A DNA stretch of 64,000 nucleotides from a bacterium (GCA_021785355.1 JAJYFR010000002.1:10529-74528); one strand, 5' to 3'; shown: positions 52,555 to 62,843, counted from the stretch's first letter. Numbers and translations: made by a program. The notes: generated by a model from the letters alone, not told the origin.

Positions 52555-52962
52555 ATGGAAAAAATATATAGTTTATATACAGATGCAGGTTCAAGAGGTA
52601 ATCCAGGAAAGTCTTCCTATGGATTCTTTATTTTTGAAGATCAAAAACTTCTAGATTTTGGTGGTCAATATTTAGGTATTAGAACAAATAATCAAGGAGA
52701 GTTTATTGCAATGCAAAAAGGAATAGAACTTGCAATAAAGCTTGGAATTAAAAATCTTGATTGTTTTAGTGATAGTCAACTTCTAATAAGGCAATTAAAT
52801 GGTATCTATAAAGTTAAAGATATGACTCTAAAATCAATATTAAATGAAATAAATATATTAAAATATCAATTTGAAAAAATAACATTTACTCATGTTTTTA
52901 GAGAAAATAATAAATTTGCAGATAAAATGGTTAATTTAATTCTAGATGCACAAGGATTATGA
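52555..52962 (+). CDS. rnhA: Ribonuclease HI-family protein.
   Basis: YTDAGSRGNPGKSSYG...NNQGEFIAMQKGIELA...FSDSQLL follows the RNase H DEDD-type motif order. Confidence 0.65.
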   Translation: MEKIYSLYTDAGSRGNPGKSSYGFFIFEDQKLLDFGGQYLGIRTNNQGEFIAMQKGIELAIKLGIKNLDCFSDSQLLIRQLNGIYKVKDMTLKSILNEINILKYQFEKITFTHVFRENNKFADKMVNLILDAQGL

Positions 52963-53597
52963 TAGATTTAAAAGATTACATAAAAACTCTTAAAAAAAAT
53001 ATTATATTGATATCTTTAATTTTTGTAGTTTCTCTTGCTGCAGGTTATTTATATACAAAAACAATACCTATAAAATATCAAAGTTCTATTAATATATATA
53101 CAACTGATCCTTCAGATTTAGTAGCATTTTTAAGTACAAATAATTCTATTAATCTTGCATATAAAGATTCAAAAAATATTCTAGGCAATTTCAATTCCAC
53201 AGAGCTTTCTATTTTCAGGTCTAATATAAGAGTTCAAGATATATCCTTAAATATAGTATCTCTGCAAATTACAGATACAAATAAACAACAATCTATAAAT
53301 TGGATTAATGCATTTAAAAAGGTAATATTAAAAAGTAGTACAAAAATATTTATAAATAAATTATTAAAAAAGGAATATCTTGCTTGTAAAAAAGCTCAAT
53401 TACAAGCATTAAAAATAGATAAATCTAACAATAAAGTTCAGATTCCTACATGTACAATATTAAAATTTGTACAATACATAAATCCTAATACAACAACTAT
53501 AAGCATAATTCCTTCAAAAACAACTAATTTGATAATATTTGGAATAGCAGGAATATTAATTGCTCTATTATATGCTTCATATAAAGAATATAAATGA
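52959..53597 (+). CDS. Bitopic membrane protein with a Wzz/chain-length-determinant-like N-terminus (uncertain).
   Basis: MIDLKDY...ILISLIFVVSLAAGYLYTKTIPIKYQSS resembles Wzz N-termini. C-terminal TM. Confidence 0.3.
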   Translation: MIDLKDYIKTLKKNIILISLIFVVSLAAGYLYTKTIPIKYQSSINIYTTDPSDLVAFLSTNNSINLAYKDSKNILGNFNSTELSIFRSNIRVQDISLNIVSLQITDTNKQQSINWINAFKKVILKSSTKIFINKLLKKEYLACKKAQLQALKIDKSNNKVQIPTCTILKFVQYINPNTTTISIIPSKTTNLIIFGIAGILIALLYASYKEYK

Positions 53598-54448
53598 TAA
53601 AATTTATATATTCAGATGACTATAACAATTTTATAAATTATATAAAAGATATCCATAATAATACAGGTATTGATATTTATGATGCAGAAGAAGTTGAAAT
53701 TAAAGAAATATTAAATGATATCCTGAATATATCTATCTTTCAAAAACAAAGGGTTATAGCAATAAAAAATAGTTTTAAAATATATAAAGATTTAAAAGAT
53801 CTAAAAACAGATGATTATGTATATATACAAATTAACAAAAATATAAAAGGTTTAGAAATAGATAAAATTAAAGTTCAAGATAATGCAACTTATATAAAAG
53901 AGTTATTTAAAAAAAATAATATAAAAGAAAATAATGCTTTAATACAATATATTAAAGATAATTTTCAAGATAAAGTACAAATACAAAATGAATTAAATAA
54001 AATTTTTAACTTTATATATCCTCAAAAAGAAATTAAAGATATAGAATTCATAAAACAAAATATAATAACAAAAACAAATAATGTAATGATATGGGATTTA
54101 GTTAATTCTATAAACTCTAATAATAAGAAACAATTGATATTCTATTTTGAAAAGTTAAAAGATAATACTACAGATTTAAGATATATATTAACAATGATTA
54201 TAAGAGAAATTAATTTAATAATATTCATAAATTCTCTTCCTAATATTAGCAGTGATGTAATATTAAAAAAATTAAAAATTATAGGAATAAATACAAGTAC
54301 ATATGGTATTCAAAAAATAAAATCTAATAAATATGATATCTTAAAACTCAAGAATATTTATCATAAACTTATTAACTTATATTCAATGTCAAATGAAGGA
54401 AAAATTGATTTAGAAATTGGAATTACTCTGCTACTACTAAGCCTTTGA
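53594..54448 (+). CDS. Possible DNA polymerase III delta subunit (HolA-like).
   Basis: The N-terminal region pattern (…EEVEIKEILNDILNISIFQKQRVIAIKN…) resembles HolA. The similarity is weak. Confidence 0.35.
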   Translation: MIKFIYSDDYNNFINYIKDIHNNTGIDIYDAEEVEIKEILNDILNISIFQKQRVIAIKNSFKIYKDLKDLKTDDYVYIQINKNIKGLEIDKIKVQDNATYIKELFKKNNIKENNALIQYIKDNFQDKVQIQNELNKIFNFIYPQKEIKDIEFIKQNIITKTNNVMIWDLVNSINSNNKKQLIFYFEKLKDNTTDLRYILTMIIREINLIIFINSLPNISSDVILKKLKIIGINTSTYGIQKIKSNKYDILKLKNIYHKLINLYSMSNEGKIDLEIGITLLLLSL

Positions 54449-55063
54449 TCTTCTCTTTATTCTTCTTCTAAATTCCAAAACCATTATCTGATCTGATGAG
54501 AATATATAATATATTAGTCCAGATAATACAAAGAATAGACCTGTATAGAACACTACATATGTAGGTAGATCAAATCCTGTATTTGCTAAAACAGCAGTTG
54601 AAATATTAAGTGTTACACTACAAGGAGAAGATAAAGTTGCTCCAGTAGAATCTGTTACACCTGATAAAGATATTGTAAGAGTTGTTCCATTACTAAGATT
54701 AGAAGGTGCAGTCCATTGGGCTGAACTCTTAGATGAAGATGGACTTATTGTTCCTGTATTTACAGACCATAAAGCATTTGAATAATTTATTTGACTACCA
54801 GATGAAGATGTTATCCCTGATTGTATTGACAGAGGTGACGTACTTGAAATACTACTTACACTTGCTCCATTTTGGGTTATTGAAAATGTATTACAAGAAA
54901 GAGTGTCTTTTGTAGTAGTAGTTGTTGTTGTAGTAGTTTTTGATGAAGTTGTTCCAGAAACTGTATTGGGTGGAGTTTGTGCATATACTACAGAATTAGA
55001 TCCCAGTACTGAAACTACAGTTAAAAGTATGAAAATTAAATTTATTTTTCTCATATATTTCAT
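54437..55063 (-). CDS. Secreted Thr/Ser-rich protein with a C-terminal LAxTG-type cell-wall sorting signal (LANTG + hydrophobic segment + basic tail).
   Basis: Signal peptide, a T9 run, and the C-terminus ...AVLANTGFDLPTYVVFYTGLFFVLSGLIYYIF...RRRIKRRSKA. Confidence 0.55.
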   Translation of the reverse strand: MKYMRKINLIFILLTVVSVLGSNSVVYAQTPPNTVSGTTSSKTTTTTTTTTKDTLSCNTFSITQNGASVSSISSTSPLSIQSGITSSSGSQINYSNALWSVNTGTISPSSSKSSAQWTAPSNLSNGTTLTISLSGVTDSTGATLSSPCSVTLNISTAVLANTGFDLPTYVVFYTGLFFVLSGLIYYIFSSDQIMVLEFRRRIKRRSKA

Positions 55064-55093
55064 ATTACAGTCTTTATAGGTATATGTAAATAT

Positions 55094-56014
55094 CTACAAC
55101 GGAGGTTCTAACCAATATTGAATTATATCTCCTATACTTTTAGCATATATCTGAGTATTAGTTAGAAAACTTGTATTATAATTTACTACTACACTAGGTT
55201 GATACAAATCCTGAGTACCTAAATCTCTATTTATTACAATCCCTTTATACCCTACAATACTACCGTTTATTGTCAAATTAGTAGTAGGATTATTTTGAGG
55301 CAAAATAGGAGGTGTTGGAACAGGAACAGGTGTAGCTGTAGGTGTAGGACCTCCTGGAGATGGAGGATTAGTAGATCCTGTAGGTGGAGTGATATATATT
55401 GAAACTGAAGTATATTGTGCCTGATAATCACTTCCAACAAGAGGATTAAATATAGGAATTTCTTGACCAGGTAAAGCAGAACCACTGCTTCCGCTTTCAT
55501 AATATATACTAGTAGAACTAACTGTCCATCCTGCAGGAAGACCTGAGAGAGTATAGGTAACATAACCATAAGCACAATCAAATATTTGATTATATGATAT
55601 CCAATTTGTACTACCAGATATATTAGAATTTCCTGAATTACCACCTCTTGTTATTGATTCTGGAGTCCCTCCACTATGAGACCCTGACCACACAGTACCA
55701 CTACTACCAATAAAACCTATATTAGGAACTGATTGTCCAAAACTTGTTGGATCATAATTAGAATCTTCAGTATTAATACTATTCGCATTAGAACAGCTAC
55801 CTGTTTGAACAGGATTTAATGATAAACTTGAAGGAACTTGAGTATTATTCGTTGTTGAAACATAAAATTCTACATTAGCCCAATATGTCCCAGGAAGAAT
55901 AGTACACCTAGGTACTATTTGCGCATGTAAAGGAGAACTATTAGACACAAAAGAATATATAAGAATAAAAATACTTAAGAATATTGAAGAATATTTTATT
56001 TTTTTTAATATCAT
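55094..56014 (-). CDS. Secreted hypothetical protein with a Pro/Thr-rich linker.
   Basis: Signal peptide ...SPLHA|Q. PTPTATPVPVPTPP linker. Confidence 0.45.
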   Translation of the reverse strand: MILKKIKYSSIFLSIFILIYSFVSNSSPLHAQIVPRCTILPGTYWANVEFYVSTTNNTQVPSSLSLNPVQTGSCSNANSINTEDSNYDPTSFGQSVPNIGFIGSSGTVWSGSHSGGTPESITRGGNSGNSNISGSTNWISYNQIFDCAYGYVTYTLSGLPAGWTVSSTSIYYESGSSGSALPGQEIPIFNPLVGSDYQAQYTSVSIYITPPTGSTNPPSPGGPTPTATPVPVPTPPILPQNNPTTNLTINGSIVGYKGIVINRDLGTQDLYQPSVVVNYNTSFLTNTQIYAKSIGDIIQYWLEPPL

Positions 56015-56020
56015 ACTGAA

Positions 56021-56875
56021 TTAATAATATATAATATTATACTTTTTTTCTAGTGTATTCATATAGGATGTATAATTTGAATATTTTCCAAAAATAGAAT
56101 CATTATATATAAAATAATATATATTAAAAGACTCCTTATTATTAGTACAACCTCTTGCACAGAATACATAAGGATGAACATTTACACTTGATAATTTATT
56201 TGCAGAAAGACTAAATATTTGAGAAGAAATATTATTATAAAATATAGGATTTATATTATTATTATATTTTATATTTTGAGAATTCAAATTTGTATATTTT
56301 ATTAAATTAAATGTATTAGAATTTAATGAGCTAAGATAAGCTATTATGTTATTGTAACCTGATAAAGTTTTAACATGATTATAAATTGAATCAAAATTAT
56401 AAGAAAGAGATTTAGTACTTTTACTAGGTAAAATATCCATAAAAATAAATCCATTATAATTCTTCTCTACTGTTTGGAATATTAAATCCATTTTATAATT
56501 TACAGAAAGATTAAGAATATAATCATATAAATGAGAAGTCATCTTTAAATTAGCATATTTAGTACTTCGCTTTATACTATTAAGATATGCTGTATTTGGA
56601 TAATTATTTTTTGATTTTAAATATAATGAAGAGATTTCAAATTCAACAAATTTATTAATATCAGTTTTATTATAATTCGAACAATTTTTATTATTAAAAT
56701 TTTCATAATTACATACGTAATTCGAAATATCTAAACTTGTATAATTTGAGCCATTAATACTTACTACATAATTATTTGAATAGAATAGTTTATACACTAA
56801 CAAAAATATTAATACTATTACAAAAACAGATATTAATGCTATATCTAAATATTTAAATTTATTACCACTATCCAT
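56021..56875 (-). CDS. N-terminally anchored hypothetical protein (Asn/Tyr-rich).
   Basis: Single TM helix near the N-terminus. Confidence 0.4.
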   Translation of the reverse strand: MDSGNKFKYLDIALISVFVIVLIFLLVYKLFYSNNYVVSINGSNYTSLDISNYVCNYENFNNKNCSNYNKTDINKFVEFEISSLYLKSKNNYPNTAYLNSIKRSTKYANLKMTSHLYDYILNLSVNYKMDLIFQTVEKNYNGFIFMDILPSKSTKSLSYNFDSIYNHVKTLSGYNNIIAYLSSLNSNTFNLIKYTNLNSQNIKYNNNINPIFYNNISSQIFSLSANKLSSVNVHPYVFCARGCTNNKESFNIYYFIYNDSIFGKYSNYTSYMNTLEKKYNIIYY

Positions 56876-56906
56876 ACTATATATATAGTATCAAATACCC
56901 ATTTTA

Positions 56907-57953
56907 TTACAAGTATTTTGCTATATTAGCATTCTGTCCAGATAAATTTACTGCATAGTGCAAATGACCTTCTTTATCTGCTATAAAAAATAAATATTTA
57001 TTAGGAGTAGATTTAAATGTTGATATAATAGAATTATAACCAGGAGAACATATAGGAGTTGGTGGCAACCCAGCATATAATCTTGTATTATAAGGAGAAT
57101 TTATCTCTAGATCAGACTGAGTTAATGGAGATCTCCACCAACTATTTGATGAAGGATCAAAACCTAATGCATATTGAACTGTAACATCTGAACCTAATGG
57201 TATACCAGAAAGATATCTTCTTATAAATATATTAGCAACAATAGGTTTATCACTATTGTATAAAGTTTCTCTTCTTACTATTGATGCTATAATCATATTT
57301 TGATATAGACTTAATTGGTCTGAACCTGACAACATTAAACCTTTATATTTATGAAATATATACTTATCAAATGCTTTTAATTCTAAATTAATAACATATT
57401 TAGCATTTGCATTAAAAGGAATTTCATATGAACCTGGATATAAAAATCCTTCTAAACTAGAATTTTCAGGAATATATTTAAAAAAATCAAAATTATAATA
57501 TTGTCTATAAAGATTATGAGCTATATTTCTATAATCAGTTGTACTGAATTGATAATAAGAATTATTAACACTTAATTCATTCCTCACTACATTTGCTTCT
57601 TCTGAAATTCTTAATCCAGAAGGTATTATTATTTTTTTATAGAAAGGTCCTCTAGAAAAAGTTGTTATTAATTGAGAAAAATTTTCTTTTTTATAAACTC
57701 TATATTCTCCAGGATAAAAAGAAAATAAAGGAACCTGTACATAAAGATATATTAGGGATGCTTTAGTAGAAGATATTAGTTTTTGAGATTTCAAATCATT
57801 TAATATCTGAGTATTTGAATCTTTGGTTCCAATTGTGAAATTCACATATCCTGATTTTATATTATTTTCATAATTAATATTGGATGTATACCAATAAAAA
57901 AATATTATGATAATCAAAAATAAACTTAATATTATATAACTAATTTTTTTCAT
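56907..57953 (-). CDS. mltG: Endolytic murein transglycosylase MltG (YceG family).
   Basis: C-terminal SPYNTRLYAGLPPTPICSPGYNSI...LFFIADKEGHLHYA matches the YceG signature. Confidence 0.85.
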   Translation of the reverse strand: MKKISYIILSLFLIIIIFFYWYTSNINYENNIKSGYVNFTIGTKDSNTQILNDLKSQKLISSTKASLIYLYVQVPLFSFYPGEYRVYKKENFSQLITTFSRGPFYKKIIIPSGLRISEEANVVRNELSVNNSYYQFSTTDYRNIAHNLYRQYYNFDFFKYIPENSSLEGFLYPGSYEIPFNANAKYVINLELKAFDKYIFHKYKGLMLSGSDQLSLYQNMIIASIVRRETLYNSDKPIVANIFIRRYLSGIPLGSDVTVQYALGFDPSSNSWWRSPLTQSDLEINSPYNTRLYAGLPPTPICSPGYNSIISTFKSTPNKYLFFIADKEGHLHYAVNLSGQNANIAKYL

Positions 57954-58327
57954 ACTTTATTTATAAAATCCAGATATTCTTGAAGTATTATACTTGCAGA
58001 CTTATCATCTATTCTCACATTTTTTTTATTTTCCACTTCAAAAGAAGTCAATGTTTCATTCCAAAAAATACAATCTATTTCTAAATTAAGAGATTGCACA
58101 AAATCTCTTACTCTTTTTGAAGAAAAACCTTCCGATCCATCTATATTGACAGGATTTCCTATCACTATTTTCACTATATTATATTTTTCTAAAATATTTA
58201 TTAAAAAAATATAAAAATCTTTATTATTTCTCTTAATAGAAAAAGGTTCTGAAAAACGAGAATTCTTATCTGAGAGTGCTAATCCGATATATTTTTCTCC
58301 ATAATCTATACCTAATATATATGACAT
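57950..58327 (-). CDS. ruvX: Holliday-junction resolvase-like RuvX/YqgF.
   Basis: MSYILGIDYGEKYIGLALSD N-terminus, with RNase H-like fold motifs. Confidence 0.85.
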   Translation of the reverse strand: MSYILGIDYGEKYIGLALSDKNSRFSEPFSIKRNNKDFYIFLINILEKYNIVKIVIGNPVNIDGSEGFSSKRVRDFVQSLNLEIDCIFWNETLTSFEVENKKNVRIDDKSASIILQEYLDFINKV

Positions 58328-58329
58328 AC

Positions 58330-60402
58330 TTAATATTCTAAAACAGCCCTTACTCTCCTTATACCTTTAGATACACTCTCTTGTTTTGTAATCTTAAATT
58401 TTCCTAAACTAGAAGTATTTCCTTTATGAGTACCCCCACAAAGTTCTTGAGAAAAATCTCCTATCCTGACTACCCTTAATTTAGAATTTTTATCATATCT
58501 GTCTTCAAAAGGAAGATCTATTCCTAATTTTTTTATATCTTCAAAGTTTTTTTCAGATACCTCTATATCTTCTTTCTTTAATATATTTTCATTAACTAAA
58601 TCTTCTATAGTTTTTATTTCTTCTAAACTTAAAGCTCTATCAAAATTAAAATCAAATCTTATTTTTTCTGAATCAATAAATGATCCTTTTTGCACAACTT
58701 GATCTCCTAATATTATTTTCATAGCTTTATTAAGAAGATGTACTGCAGTATGATTAAATGAAGTCTTTTCTCTTATATCTTTATCTACTATACATGTAAC
58801 TAAGTCTTCTGAAGACAATTTTTGAGAGAAATTTTTATACTTACCAAAATGTATATATACTCCCCTTTTTGTCTTTTTTACATTATTAACTTCAATCTCT
58901 ACACCGTTAGATAAAACAATTCCTCTATCTCCTACTTGCCCACCACCTTCTGCATAAAAAGGTGTTTGATCTAGAACAAAATATACTTCATCTTCACCTT
59001 GAGATACAAATAAAACTTTAGCATCTTTTAGTCTTAAATCATCATATCCTATAAATTTAGTTTTAGGATAATCAAAAAATTCTTCTTCAATACTTTTACC
59101 TAATGTGAAAGAAGAAGATATACGAGATCTATCTTTCTGTTCATTCAATTTTTTATAAAAATCTTCTTCACTAAATTCTATTTCTCTTTCTTTTAATATA
59201 TCTCTTAATATATCTATATTAAAACCATATGTATCGTGCAATAAAAACATATTATCTCCGCTTATTTTACCTTTTACTATTAAGCCATCTAATCTTTTCA
59301 GACCTTTATCTAATGTTTTTCCAAATTTTACTTCTTCTTCATCTAATATTTTTTTTACCAAATCTCTTTTTGAAGATAATTCAGGATATACATCAGAATA
59401 AGTATCTATTACTACTCCTGATAGTTCTGATAAGAAAAAATCTTTTAATCCTAAAGTTTTTGCATGAAGAAGAGATTTTCTTATAAGTCTTCTTAATATA
59501 TATCCTCTATGTTCATTTTGAGGAATAATTCCATCTGATATTATAAAACTTATACCTCTTATATGATCAGCTATTATTCTACATGATCTTTCATTAAATT
59601 TAGAACTTTCTGCTTTTATTTTACTTACAATAGGTTCAAAAAGATCTGTATCAAAAACTGATTTTTTATCTTGCAAAACCATTACTAATCTTTCTAATCC
59701 TGCTCCCGTATCTACATTAGTAAATGGTAATTTTGAAAAATTTCCATTTTCATCTTTATAATATTCCATAAATACTCCTGCATTCCAGATCTCCAGAAAT
59801 CTATCACAATCACATCCTGGGGCACAATCTTCTCTACCACAACCTAATTCCTCCCCATTATCATAATAAATTTCAGTAGATGGACCACAAGGACCTTCAA
59901 CTCCTGTTGGTCCCCAAAAATTATCCTGTACTAGTTCTACTATACGCTCTTTTTTTAAACCTAAATCCAACCAATACTTATAAGATTCACTATCTTTAGG
60001 TATATCCTTATCTCCCTTGAATATAGATACCCAAATTTTTTCTTTATCTAACAAAAATTCCTCTGTTAATAATTCATATGCAAGTTCTATAGCTTCCTTC
60101 TTATAATAATCTCCAAATGACCAAGAGCCCAACATTTCAAAAAAAGTTAAATGTCTACCATCTGAACCTATATCATCAATATCTGTTGTTCTAAAACTTT
60201 TTTGTACGGAACAAACTCTAGGAGATATAATCTCTTTTTCTCGCATTAAAAAAGGTACCATTTGTACCATACCTGCTGTAGTAAAAAGTAAGGTTTCATC
60301 ATCTGGAACCAAAGATGACGATTTAAATTCTGTATGATTATTTTTTATAAAAAATTTAATAAATTTTTCTCTAATTTCTTTTCCATTCATAATATTTTTC
60401 AA
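58330..60402 (-). CDS. alaS: Alanyl-tRNA synthetase (catalytic, tRNA-recognition and editing domains; no C-Ala domain).
   Basis: Class II motifs, the editing HTAVHLLNKAMKIILG (HxxxH) and CGGTH. Ends at 690 aa. Confidence 0.9.
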   Translation of the reverse strand: MKNIMNGKEIREKFIKFFIKNNHTEFKSSSLVPDDETLLFTTAGMVQMVPFLMREKEIISPRVCSVQKSFRTTDIDDIGSDGRHLTFFEMLGSWSFGDYYKKEAIELAYELLTEEFLLDKEKIWVSIFKGDKDIPKDSESYKYWLDLGLKKERIVELVQDNFWGPTGVEGPCGPSTEIYYDNGEELGCGREDCAPGCDCDRFLEIWNAGVFMEYYKDENGNFSKLPFTNVDTGAGLERLVMVLQDKKSVFDTDLFEPIVSKIKAESSKFNERSCRIIADHIRGISFIISDGIIPQNEHRGYILRRLIRKSLLHAKTLGLKDFFLSELSGVVIDTYSDVYPELSSKRDLVKKILDEEEVKFGKTLDKGLKRLDGLIVKGKISGDNMFLLHDTYGFNIDILRDILKEREIEFSEEDFYKKLNEQKDRSRISSSFTLGKSIEEEFFDYPKTKFIGYDDLRLKDAKVLFVSQGEDEVYFVLDQTPFYAEGGGQVGDRGIVLSNGVEIEVNNVKKTKRGVYIHFGKYKNFSQKLSSEDLVTCIVDKDIREKTSFNHTAVHLLNKAMKIILGDQVVQKGSFIDSEKIRFDFNFDRALSLEEIKTIEDLVNENILKKEDIEVSEKNFEDIKKLGIDLPFEDRYDKNSKLRVVRIGDFSQELCGGTHKGNTSSLGKFKITKQESVSKGIRRVRAVLEY

Positions 60403-60409
60403 TTAAAAT

Positions 60410-60481
60410 AGGCGATGATGGGATTTGAACCCATGTACGCGGTTTTGCAGACCGCTTCCTGGACCACTCGGATACATCGCC
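60410..60481 (-). tRNA. tRNA-Cys(GCA).
   Basis: The reverse complement is GGCGATG...; anticodon stem GCGGT/ACCGC with loop CTGCAAA; T-arm ATGGG TTCAAAT CCCAT; discriminator U. Confidence 0.85.
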
Positions 60482-60511
60482 AAAACATAATATTATACTA
60501 TAAAATATGTT

Positions 60512-61681
60512 TTATGAGAGTATATTCGAAATTGATCCTAGAAAAATAAATTTATATTTATCTCCCGAATATGCCTTATACATCAAAAACACAGATAATA
60601 ATATCCATAAAATGAATAGTATTATTTCTAATACAAATAACACTATCGATAAAATACCACTTCCATTAAATATTTTTAAAATAAAAAATAGAATTATAAA
60701 TAATAGATCAAAGATAAATCCCTGAATTGAATGAAATTTAATAAAATTATCTTTCTTTATAAAACTAAATATTAATATAAAAATATTTATAATTATAACA
60801 TAAGACATCACTCCTAATATATCTTCTTCCCTATTACTCATAATGTCTTCAGATTTAACTGCATCATTTTCTATATTGGAATTAACAGTATTTTGAGTCT
60901 CCATATTAGGATAAGGAACTTCTTGATTGATAGTATTAGAAGAAACATTCTCTACATTTGGAATAATAGGAGGCAATTTATTGTCAGGAATATTTTGTTG
61001 CTGAGACATATTTTGATAACTTTCACTGTGAGATTGATTTTTTAATATTAAATCGTAAGGATCATCTACATGTATATTTTGAGTGGGAATATTTCCATTA
61101 TGTTCTCCAGCTAAAGACTCGTTAATATTATTATTTTGAGACACTGTACTATCCAAAGAAGATTTATTCCATTGATCTGATTGAATTGAATCAGATGCAT
61201 TATTGCCAATATTCATTGAATTAGAATCTGAACTTTGTGAATTTACAGGATTATTAGACAGAACATCTTGAGATACAGGAATATCATTCATACTAGTATT
61301 TTGAGTATCTACTTGAGGTTGTGTATTCTGGTATAAACTGCTATCTCCTATGTTTGAATTAGATAAATCTTGGCTAGGATTTAGATTTACAGAGTTATTA
61401 GACTGAACATCTTGAGATACAGGAATATCATTCATACTAGTATTTTGAGTATCTACTTGAGGTTGTGTATTCTGGTATAAACTGCTATCTCCTAGGTTTG
61501 AACTAGATACATCTTGACTAGGATTTAGATTTACAGGATTATTAGACTGAACATCTTGAGGTATACTAAAATCTTGATTTATAGGGATAACAGTACTATC
61601 TTGATTAGAATCTAAAATCCCAGAACCACTACCATTAATAGAATTATTTGAATTATCCATAATAAATTTATTTAATTTCAT
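60512..61681 (-). CDS. Membrane protein with an N-terminal Asn/Ser/Gln-rich region containing tandem 48-aa repeats, and a C-terminal 3-4 TM domain.
   Basis: The repeat QDVQSNNSVNLNPSQDLSNSNIGDSSLYQNTQPQVDTQNTSMNDIPVS occurs about three times. Hydrophobic C-terminus. Confidence 0.55.
   Translation of the reverse strand: MKLNKFIMDNSNNSINGSGSGILDSNQDSTVIPINQDFSIPQDVQSNNPVNLNPSQDVSSSNLGDSSLYQNTQPQVDTQNTSMNDIPVSQDVQSNNSVNLNPSQDLSNSNIGDSSLYQNTQPQVDTQNTSMNDIPVSQDVLSNNPVNSQSSDSNSMNIGNNASDSIQSDQWNKSSLDSTVSQNNNINESLAGEHNGNIPTQNIHVDDPYDLILKNQSHSESYQNMSQQQNIPDNKLPPIIPNVENVSSNTINQEVPYPNMETQNTVNSNIENDAVKSEDIMSNREEDILGVMSYVIIINIFILIFSFIKKDNFIKFHSIQGFIFDLLFIILFFILKIFNGSGILSIVLFVLEIILFILWILLSVFLMYKAYSGDKYKFIFLGSISNILS
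61190..61600 (-). repeat. Tandem 144-bp DNA repeat (about 3 copies, with repeat starts at 61261, 61405 and 61549) inside the CDS 60512..61681.
   Basis: Near-identical strings gaacatcttgagatacaggaatatcattcatactagtattttgagtatctacttgaggttgtgtattctggtataaactgctatctcct... are spaced exactly 144 bp apart. Confidence 0.75.
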
Positions 61682-61718
61682 ATATATAATATAATATTTA
61701 AATACAAATTAAAAGCCA

Positions 61719-62843
61719 ATGATATATCTAGATAATTCTGCGACAACAAAAATTGATAAAAGAGTTATAGAAAAAATGACACCTTATTTATCAAAATATT
61801 ATGGAAACCCCAGTTCAGTATATAAATTTGGTCAAATATCTAGAAGAGCAATTGATAGATCAAGAGAAATAATTGCTAATTATTTAAACTCTGATCTACA
61901 AGAAATAATTTTCACTTCAGGAGGAACAGAAAGTAATAATTTAGCTCTAAAAGGAATAGTTAATGGTAATAATAAAAATAAAATATCTCATATAATAACC
62001 TCTGAAATCGAACATGATTCAATATTAAATACTCTAAAAGAAATTAAAAATATAGAAGTTACATATATAAAACCAGATCAAACAGGCAAAATAAAAGTAG
62101 AAGATGTCGATAATGCTATTAAAGAAAATACTATATTAATATCTATAATTCATGCAAATTCTGAAATAGGAGTTATTCAAGACATAGAAAATATAGGAAA
62201 GATAGCAAAGAAAAATAATGTATTATTTCATGTTGATGCTATGCAATCTTTAAAATATTTAGATATAGACGTTAATAAATTTAATATAGATTTATTAACA
62301 TTTGGTGCGCATAAAATAAATGGACCAAAAGGAATAGGCGCTTTATATATAAAAAGAGGTACTCCTATTCAAGCTCTTATAAAAGGAGGCTCTCAAGAAT
62401 ATAGAATAAGAGGTGGTACAGAAAATTTATCTGCAATAGTAGGGTTTGGTGAAGCTGTAGAATTATTGAAAAGTGAAAAATATAAAAGACAGGAATATGT
62501 AAAAACATTAAGGGATAATTTTGAAAGAGATATATTAAAAATAAATGGAACAAAACTTAATTCTAATGCTTCAAATAGAATGCCCCATCTTTCTAATATA
62601 CTATTTGATAAGATTAATTCAGAAAGTATGTTAATACAATTAGACCTTTATAATATTTCCGCTTCAGCTGGATCTGCATGCTCATCTTTATCTATAGAAC
62701 CTTCACATGTACTTACATCTATAGGACTTACAGAAAAAGAAGCAAAACATTCTATACGCTTTAGTTTAGGACATGAAAATACACAAATAGAAATAGAAAA
62801 AACAATACAGGTAATAAAAGAAATATTAAACAAATATGAATGA
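61719..62843 (+). CDS. iscS: Cysteine desulfurase (class I, NifS/IscS-type).
   Basis: PLP site FGAHKINGPKGIGALY and active-site loop SAGSACSS. Confidence 0.85.
   Translation: MIYLDNSATTKIDKRVIEKMTPYLSKYYGNPSSVYKFGQISRRAIDRSREIIANYLNSDLQEIIFTSGGTESNNLALKGIVNGNNKNKISHIITSEIEHDSILNTLKEIKNIEVTYIKPDQTGKIKVEDVDNAIKENTILISIIHANSEIGVIQDIENIGKIAKKNNVLFHVDAMQSLKYLDIDVNKFNIDLLTFGAHKINGPKGIGALYIKRGTPIQALIKGGSQEYRIRGGTENLSAIVGFGEAVELLKSEKYKRQEYVKTLRDNFERDILKINGTKLNSNASNRMPHLSNILFDKINSESMLIQLDLYNISASAGSACSSLSIEPSHVLTSIGLTEKEAKHSIRFSLGHENTQIEIEKTIQVIKEILNKYE

Noticed and set aside
60512-61681. CRISPR array suggested by the regularly spaced repeats.
   Set aside because: The repeats are contiguous 144-bp units with no unique spacers. 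They sit inside an intact reading frame encoding a repetitive protein. No cas genes are present.
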